64,000 nt of DNA from Amoebidium appalachense (lineage: Eukaryota; Protista; Ichthyosporea): positions 1,151,506 through 1,215,505 of the forward strand of contig CAVNZM010000003.1 of the NCBI GenBank assembly GCA_963693365.1. Reading direction: 5' to 3'. This document shows positions 43,588 through 64,000 of the stretch, in pieces (position 1 is the first letter of the stretch; the number at the start of each line of letters is the position of its first letter). Made by a program: the position numbers and the translations under genes. The notes beneath the pieces are model-generated. The model did not search any database, was not told the origin of the DNA, and worked only from the letters and a program-made list of their open reading frames with translations.

Positions 43588-43628
<41 letters not shown>

Positions 43629-44495
43629 AAAAAAAAAAAAGACTCCAACCCCAATCTTACTAAATCCCATACACATGCCTAACACGTACTGACGTGTTGC
43701 CGCACGTGCGACGTTTAACATCTACTCAGGCGGCCTTTAAGTAAAAAAAAAAAAAGAAAGAAAGAAAGAAAGAAAGGAGACACCGCCTCAGTAGGTGGTA
43801 GTACACATGCACACATTCATTAATCACTCCTCAGAAAAATAAGAAAATATGTGTGTTATTGTTGGGGGGGGGGGGGCAGGGCTGAAGAGGCCGAGCGCTA
43901 AAGTCCCGGGATGCCGACTTCTTTTCAACAGTAAATCTGAAAAGTCAACGTGATCCTTTTTTCGTCGAACTGAGCACCGTCCAGCCACACAAGGTTTATG
44001 TTTGTGCATGCGCACAAGCGTCGTTGAAGAGGCATGCATGTTATCAGGAACCCGGCTGGCACACTTGTGTCTTCCACCCATGAAACACATTTTTTTAATT
44101 TATTATTTTATTATTATATAAAAAAAGGTTTGTTCCTCAGGCTGGAGGGCCCTTGCAGGCCCTCTAAAGAGAAACTACCGTCTACCACACAGCACCGACA
44201 GTACATTAGACTAAGCCTTATGGTGCTATCTATGTATGTGCTCAGCTAAGTTAAATACTCCTAATGTAAAAATATCATGTTATTTGCACACGAGTACCGT
44301 ATGTTCTCAACGGCATGATACCGAAAAATCAGGATTGGGCGGGCCCTGAAGGCGCATGCTTGTGGATTTGTAAACTTTGCTGGCGAGGCGTTTATTGTTT
44401 GTCAAGTCACGGCTTTCATGATCAGAGTCTAAGTTCTCCACCCCGGGAAGTCGTGGTTTTGCCCGGCACCCATTCCCCGAAACCTATACGGTTAT

Positions 44496-44841
44496 CTATT
44501 TTTTTGACCTCCACGTATTGGGTTCGGTTGCATGGGCTATGACCACCCTGAGGTCTACCCCGGTGCAGGCTGATAAACTCACGGCACCCACAGAAACGGC
44601 GCCCTGCAAATCGTAAGTCAGTGTGTGTTGAAGAGAATGTTTTGATACTAGTGAAAAGGGTGGAAGGGAAGGGGGGTGGGGGGGAGAGGAGGGGGTAGGG
44701 GGGCAGCAAAAGATGTGATTTGATAAGAGGAGGTACTGTAGGTGGGAATTGAAGGGGCAGAAATGGAAGGATACGTTAAGAGAAGAAAGACCCGGGACAC
44801 GACATGTTTGAGAAAAATGAAGGTGTGTGTAGTGGGAACTT

Positions 44842-44915
<74 letters not shown>

Positions 44916-45918
44916 CGCTAGTTCGGATAGCACACCTCGTTTTCCTGCTGACCCCAACCCGTGGCTGCAAGGGTGTTCTCAGCCAATCCCCATCCGTTAT
45001 GCGCGGCCTTTTTTGGAAAGCCAATCACGTGGTGGGTGTCTTCCATGGTCTTCCATTCGGCCGGCTCACCGCCAAACGTAGCCACGGCCACACTGGTCAG
45101 GTCAAAGGGGGGGAGGCTCTTTTCCCGCATATGCCTGGCTACCAGGGCATATGCAAAGTTGGCTCCCTGTGTAAAGTTGGCACGGTACCTGCGGGGAAAT
45201 ATGCAATTTCAGAAAGTTTACTAGACGTTGAACCCCCCTCCCCCCCTCCTCCTCCCCCCTCCTCCTCCCCCTCCCCTCCCCCCGGCCGCCCCATGTTCCC
45301 TTCACATTCTTGACCAGGGCCTTTACCTTTGCTGAGGGTTAGGGGGTGCCGGGTCTCTACCGAGATGCAGCATTGACTTCGAAGGCTACCGTAGTTACTG
45401 GATAATGACTTGAAGCATACAACCGTTTCACGATAACAGGGGGTTTAACACATACCGCTGCAGGCATTGGGGCCAGTGGAGGGGGCTCTTGAGGATGTTG
45501 AGGGGGCTCATACTGTAGGCGGTGGCACCGCCCATAAGCATCATCAGATAGCCACCTATCAGGCCCATCTGCGCATGCATAGGATGTGTCAAGTATGGCG
45601 CTAGCGGGCGGGTTGTCCGATACTAGAGTATTGCTCGTTACTAAACTGGTAAGACTGTGCTCGTTTGGCAGTCTGAGCTACTATTGAGTCCATGGGGTTT
45701 CGTAGTTTGAAGGCTTTGCACAGGTTGGGCTGGCAACTGGCGGGTGGTCCAGGAGCGGAACAATCGACTATGATCCCCCCTCCCCCCCCCCTCCCCCGGG
45801 CCTCTCCTTCACAAAAACAAAAACATGCCATAAACTTTGCACATATGCTGACACACGTACGCTTACGCATGCGCTCACAGGCATGCACGCACACATGCAA
45901 ACACGTGTCTTACACCGT

Positions 45919-45967
<49 letters not shown>

Positions 45968-45975
45968 AAACACGA

Positions 45976-46010
<35 letters not shown>

Positions 46011-47158
46011 GAGAGACACGCGCGCGCTCACACATACCACACACACGCACATGCACATGCACACAAGTGTGCGCGCACACACGCATGCAGACGTACATCT
46101 TTAAAGCACACTGTTGGCAAACACAAAGAAACAAACACACACACAAAAACACACACACAAAAAAACACACACACACAAACACACTTACATCGTGATACTG
46201 AGGTGCCCATCCCACATGCACCACCTCCATATTTCGAGCCCGGGAATGCAGAACATGGCGAGGAATGATCGGAGCTGGTGCACGAGGTTTCCGTGGGTGA
46301 TGACAACCCCCTTAGGGTCCCCGGTGCTCCCCGAGGTGTACTGAATCATTGCGGGGCTGTCATGCATTGGAGTGTAAACCGTGTCATCTGCCGGGGTGGA
46401 CTTAGAGAGAATTGTGTCGGTGGCCACCCAGGTCAAGGTGGGCCAGCAGTGCACAAGTGACGTCACCTGCACAGCCTGCGTGTGGGCAGTCAGTACAGTC
46501 GGGGGGTTGGGTGGAAAGCATATTGGTCCCGGTGTCCGTCTACTGGTAAAATTATTTTGGATCTGTAAATGCTTGCTTGTACATATTGAACATCATACTA
46601 AATGACAAATACTCTTCTACAACGTATCGGTACATACCGTATCTTTTCTTTAAGAAATTTCAACCATTTGAATTGCAGGTCGTAGATATTCGGCTATGAA
46701 ATTGTTTATGTTACAATCGGCTATAATTATCTATAATGACTCGATGAGAATGCGCCTCATTTTGCAGGTGGGCATATTAGTAAACTTTAAAGTAAAATGA
46801 CCGTGCCATCCCCGGCCTGAGCAACTGTGACCTGTGCACGTCCAGCACAACAAGTCTCCATTTGGAATAGACCAACACGCACCTTCTTGTATTGGCAGGT
46901 GGTCAGGGCCACCTTGGCGCCGCTGTCTTGGACAAAATGATGCAGCTTGGGCAGGTCTGCGGCCTGATTTGCGAGGTTTGGGGGGTAGACGGTGACCACC
47001 ATGATGCCGGCCCTGAAGCAGGCCACCATGGCCACCACAACTCGATGCCCGGCAGATACACAATCAGCACACGGTCCCCGGGACCCAGCCCATGCTCGTG
47101 CTGCAAGATGTGCGCCAGCTGCGCGGGGGCCGGGGGGTGGGGGGGTGGGTGAGGGTGT

Positions 47159-47191
<33 letters not shown>

Positions 47192-47366
47192 GGAGTCAGT
47201 GGCGATTAAATGGAGCGCCGCTATCGTAGATCCAGGCCACTGATGCATATCCCCCCCCCCCTCCCCCCCCCCCCCCCCTGCCCACACACACATACACACA
47301 CACGCACCCCACACAGACACACACACGCACACAAGCACAGTGTGATACACACACTACACACACCAA

Positions 47367-47397
<31 letters not shown>

Positions 47398-47620
47398 GTG
47401 TACACACACACACACACACACACACGCACGCACGCACGCACATACATACACACACACCGTCACATTCCCCAATGAAAAATTAGAGCCAGTGGTGCTCTTC
47501 TTCTGCCGGATGCATATATACTCATTGTTCTTTGCGAGGTCTGCTTGGTGTTGTCCGCGGCAAATGTGTGTATATATATCGTATGCTCCTTAACTTGATT
47601 GTCGCGGCGAGTTAAGTAAG
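44496..47620 (-). pseudogene. Fatty acyl-AMP ligase (FAAL)-like adenylation enzyme, spliced, frameshifted and 3'-truncated
   Basis: Exons encode [79 protein letters not shown] and GWGLAENTL. Frameshifts near 47039 and 46232; stop near 44496 before the GDLG motif. Confidence 0.82.
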
Positions 47621-48030
47621 TGCGCAACCCCCCCCCCCCCCCCCCCCTTCCCCCCTCCCTCCCCCCCTCCCCCCCCCCCCCCCCCCCCCCCTCTTCGCGC
47701 CCCCCTCCTGGCCCCTCCCGCCTCGGAGTCACTCACCTGAGCCTCCTCCCCCTGTCCCACCTCGAAGACTCCCTTAATCTAATATAACCCTTTTTAACGA
47801 TCTCCTCCCCTTCAATCCCCTCCCCTCCTTCCCCGGTCCCTCCCGCCTCACTCACCTCCCCCTCCTCCCCCCCTCCCCCCCCACACACAAACACACACGT
47901 CCCTCCCTCGCCCTGCTCGTTTACAAATATAAATGCGGGTGCACATGCGCAAGCACTCACCCACACCCGCAACACACACACACGCACACACAGTGTGTAA
48001 AACACCCGCACACACACACACACACACGCA

Positions 48031-48062
<32 letters not shown>

Positions 48063-48687
48063 CACACACACACTGGGTGTATCATTGAAATCCCAGTTCT
48101 ATTGTTGATTCCATAACGACTTGTTGTTTCTTTTCTCTTTTTCTCTTTTCTTTCTTTCTTTTTCTTTTTCTTTTTTCTTTCCTTCTTTCTTTTTTTAAAG
48201 ATATATTTTAAACAAAAAATGGACGGGAAAGTGTTTGTGAGTGCATGTTTGTGTGTGTGTGTGTGTGTGCGTGTGCGTGTATACTTGTGTGTGCTTGTTC
48301 TGTGAGGAATTGGCGAGAGGGGGGGCGGGGGGGGGGGGGGGGGAGGGGGGAGGGGGGAGGGGGGGGGGTTTAACGACAGATGTCGAATTGCAACAACTGA
48401 TGCTATATCTTGCTGGAAGCTATCAAAACAGAATACTTATTTATACGACAACAAGTGGAAAAGCATTGTTGTAGCAGACGGTGCTTATCTTGGTATCAAC
48501 AAAGTTTATATATCTTCGATGAAAAAAACGCATATTGACAACTATGAAATTACCGTGGAATGTAGATACGAGGAAACATTGAGTTGCTGAAGCTAGAATT
48601 ATGGAAAACGATGGAAAAGTAATGGGGAATGTGAAACTAGCACGCATATGTGTTCTATGCTGGCCGTGTATGTGTGTGTAAGAGTGA

Positions 48688-48756
<69 letters not shown>

Positions 48757-48999
48757 GGAGAGAGAGAGAGAGAGTGTGTGTGTATGTGTATGTGTGTGTG
48801 TGTGTGTGTGTGCGTGCGTGTGTGCGTGTGCTTGTGTGTAAAAATGTACATGTATGTTTTAATATTTGAAGGTTCTGATACAACTGCATATCGTTTTGAT
48901 ACTCCATAAATGATTGATAACAAAAACTGGAAATTCGTAATCACACGTCGCTGCTACTATTTGTGATATTGACTAAATCGCTAAGACAATATATCACTA

Positions 49000-60616
<11,617 letters not shown>

Positions 60617-61939
60617 TGTTCGTGTGCCTAGAGGCGCCCTAACGGCGCAAAAATCGATGAGTGTATACTAATTTTTGCAGTATCAATTAATTATACAACC
60701 ACGTCTTTCCTTGGGTGTGTCTTTGCTTTGTGGCCAGGTATACATACACACCATGTATATGTATGGTGTGTGTGTGTCACTATTGTACGTGTGTGAGAAC
60801 CTACAGCGATGCACAAGGGTCACGGCAGCCCGGTATATGGAATGTGCTGTTTAAAATCCGTAATTGAGTTTCCCGCTATTTTCAAGTTGTGGTGATCTGT
60901 AAATTTTACACAATCGAAACAGTTCACTCTATGTGGTCCTAAGCGCTACATAAAAAGATAATGGAAAAAGTTAAATAGTGAAGTTTCTCTTTTTTTAGAG
61001 GTGCCTTATAAATATTTGTTATTGACACCAACAAAAACATATGGAGCTGTGTCACAGTCACAATGACTCGCAGGTTGAGACAGTTGGGGGCACAATAAAG
61101 ATTTGTTTGAAAAAAACGAAAACAGAGGCAAATAATGACCAAAAGTTGAAAAAAACAGTTGACAGCCTTGGAATGTAATTTAAATAAACTATATTCTTCT
61201 GATTGGAGTAACATAAAACAGCTCATTTTAATTAGCTGAAAATCAGTATCATCTGGCTACTTAAAAATAATTGGTCCAAATGGGTATCAGGAAATGGTGT
61301 GATTGTGAAGGATTGGAATGCACTTCCTGAGCCAAAAACGGACGAAACAGGTCGGTTAGGTCCCGAACCGGCTCGATAACTTCCCGAGCCAGCCACAACT
61401 TCCTGTACTGGAAAACCTCTCACTGAGGCTCTCAGCACAGGGGAGACTGAACGGCCGCCCCAAAAATGGAAAGTCTACTGCCCGAGAGCACCCGGTGGAG
61501 CCAACTTCCTGAGTTCCCGAAGGGGTTTCGACTTTCTGAAAGTGACCCGGTTCGAGAAGTTCCTGAACGCAGTTGCAGCCCGCAACAGGGTTACAATATC
61601 GAACCCCGCCCCGTCTGCGGCCAGCTGCACGACCCAAGAAGTGGTGATCCAGCCCCGAATCATTGGGGCAAAAAAAAAGCACAGGCCGCTGCGGGCCAGC
61701 ACGCGGAGAGCTACCACAATTGCATGCGCAAGCGCTTGCAGGTGCAGCGATGTGCTCCACACACTGGCCTACTAGAGGCTACCATTTGAAGATGGGGCTG
61801 CTTGGCCAAAAAGCATTTAGTGGGCGGCCACACCTGCGGCCTAATCTGGAATGGGCGCTGGCTGTTTGTGAGCTTTGAACAAGCGAGTTCGGCTTCCAGG
61901 TATGCCTAGCCTACCTAATGCGCGAGCTTCTCTGGGGAT

Positions 61940-61971
<32 letters not shown>

Positions 61972-61973
<2 letters not shown>

Positions 61974-62686
61974 GAGAAGGTGGCTCGGGAAGTTGGTTCG
62001 GGAGTGGGGGGGGGGGAGGGGGGGGGGGGGGGGGGAGCGGCTCAAGAAGTTGGTTCAGGCCGGGGAACATGGGTGGAGGGGAGGGGGGGGGGGGGGGGGG
62101 GGGGGCTGCGGACAGTGGGGGCTGGGGGCAGGGGCAAGGGGAGAGGGGAAGGGGGGCTGCTGGGGAAGTGGCTCAGGAAGTTGGTTCGGGGGGGGGGGGG
62201 GGGGGGAAGAGAAAGGGTGGGGGCGGCGGCGGGGGGGCTTAGAAGAATGGTTCAAGGGGGGGGGGGGGTGGGGTGGGGGGGGGGGGGGGGGAGAGCTGCT
62301 GGGGAGGGGGCTCAGGAAGTTGTTTCGAGGACGGGAGGGGGGGCACGAAGGGGAGGGGGGCAAGAGGTGGGGGGAGGGGAGGAGGGGGGGCTGCTGGGGA
62401 CGTGGCTCAAAAAGTTGGTTCAAGGGGAGGGGGGGGGGGGGGAGGGGGGGGGGGGGGGGGGGGGGGGTGAGGGTGAGAAGGGGGCATAGCTGCTGGGGAA
62501 GTGGCTTAGGAATCTGGTTTCCGGGGGGGGGGGGGGGGGGGGGTGGGCTCTGGGGAAGCGGCTCAGGAAGTTGGTTCAAGGGGGGAGGGGGGGGGAGGGG
62601 GCAAGGGGGGGGGGGGGGGTGGCTGCTGGGGAAGTGGCTCAGGAAGTTGGTTCAAGGGGGGGGGGGGGGGGGGGGGGGGAGGGGAA

Positions 62687-62721
<35 letters not shown>

Positions 62722-62972
62722 GGCTGCTGCTGGGGAAGTGGCACAGGGAGTTGGTTCAAGGGGGGGGGGGGGAGGGGGGGACAGGGCAAGGGGGGGGGGG
62801 GGGAGGGGGGTGGGGGGGGGGGGGGTTGCGGCTGCTGGGGAAGTGGCTCAGGAAGTTGGTTCAAGAGGGGGGGGGGAGGGGGGGGGGGGCTCTGGAGAAG
62901 TGGCTCAGGAAGTTGTTTCAAAAGGGAGGGAGGGGGGAGGGGGGCTGGAGAAGTGCCTGCGGAAGTGTGTTT

Positions 62973-63005
<33 letters not shown>

Positions 63006-63089
63006 GATAGAGCGGGTGGGGGGTGAAATAGTCGGGGGGAGGGGGGGGGAGGCGGAGGGGGCTGGGGAAGTGCCGAAAGAAGTGTGGTC
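61972..63089 (+). repeat. Tandem array: ~35-bp conserved unit (about 14 copies) separated by variable poly-G
   Basis: Consensus GCTGCTGGGGAAGTGGCTCAGGAAGTTGGTTCAAG; edge units are more diverged. Confidence 0.9.
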
Positions 63090-63201
63090 GGGGGGGGGGG
63101 GGGGGGGGTGGGGGAGGGGAGGGCCACAAACGTACACGCACACGTACATGTACACGCGTACACGCACGCATACACACACACACACACATTCTCTCTCTAT
63201 C

Positions 63202-63270
<69 letters not shown>

Positions 63271-63329
63271 CAACTTGCAGGCCCCCCCCTCCCCCCCCTC
63301 TCCCACACAGACACACACACACTTTCTCT

Positions 63330-63373
<44 letters not shown>

Positions 63374-63393
63374 GCACACACTACACACGCACA

Positions 63394-63460
<67 letters not shown>

Positions 63461-63766
63461 CTCCGACTTGGAGCCTCCCCCCCTCCCCCCTCTCCAAAAT
63501 TTCGTATTGGGCTTTGCTGATCAAGGATTTAATTATGCATACTCTTCTCTATGCTCACACATTACAAACAAACTGAAGTGCCTCAGTGTGTAACTGTCGT
63601 TTGCTGTCGTTTGCTGTGTAATTTGTAACCACCCCCCCCCCCCCCCCCCCCCCCCCCCCGCACACACACAACACACACACACACACATACCGGGCCCCTC
63701 ACACGCCCAACCGGCCCTGCGACACACAAACACACCCACACACAACACAAACATGCAAAAACACAA

Positions 63767-63797
<31 letters not shown>

Positions 63798-63825
63798 ACC
63801 ACCCCTCCCTCCCCCCCTCTCCCAG

Positions 63826-64000
63826 GGTCGACATGCATGCGTGGAGAGAACTTCGCCAAACGAGACGATGCCGACTCCAATATTGCACGCCCGGTTCACG
63901 TTCCTCGTGTGCGAGGAAAGGTGTCGGCTGTTGCAGTGCCTGAGTGTTTGTGCCTCAGCTGTAATATCCCGCGAGGCCGGCACAACCAGCGACCCTGGAA
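63826..64000 (+). other. Possible exon of a gene continuing beyond the window
   Basis: Pyrimidine tract plus CAG, followed by complex GC-rich sequence with two open + frames. No motif recognised. Confidence 0.3.

Noticed and set aside
61972-63089. CRISPR-like repeat-spacer appearance
   Set aside because: Spacers are poly-G rather than unique sequences, there are no cas genes, and the context is eukaryotic.

Overview
Eukaryotic (protist-like) genomic DNA. Genes are intron-rich, and introns are built from poly-C/G/A tracts and CA/CT microsatellites. Most supplied short ORFs are low-complexity artefacts. Content, in order: a MYND-finger gene (-); a 5'-truncated APE/RT non-LTR retrotransposon; a 17+ exon GH36 Sip1/raffinose-synthase-family gene (+) with an N-terminal CBM45-like module and an intronic tRNA-Val(CAC); a near-identical full-length copy of the LINE; a Bet1-like Qc-SNARE (+); a frameshifted fatty acyl-AMP ligase pseudogene (-); a ~2000-aa coiled-coil gene (-); and a G-rich tandem array. 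The most unusual signal is a dispersed, mostly sense-oriented intronic repeat family. Its two best-preserved copies (17081-17170 +, 54767-54857 -) contain all hammerhead-ribozyme core nucleotides and covarying stems, but in a strand order that is not a circular permutation of known hammerheads. All exon models and alignments were made by eye.
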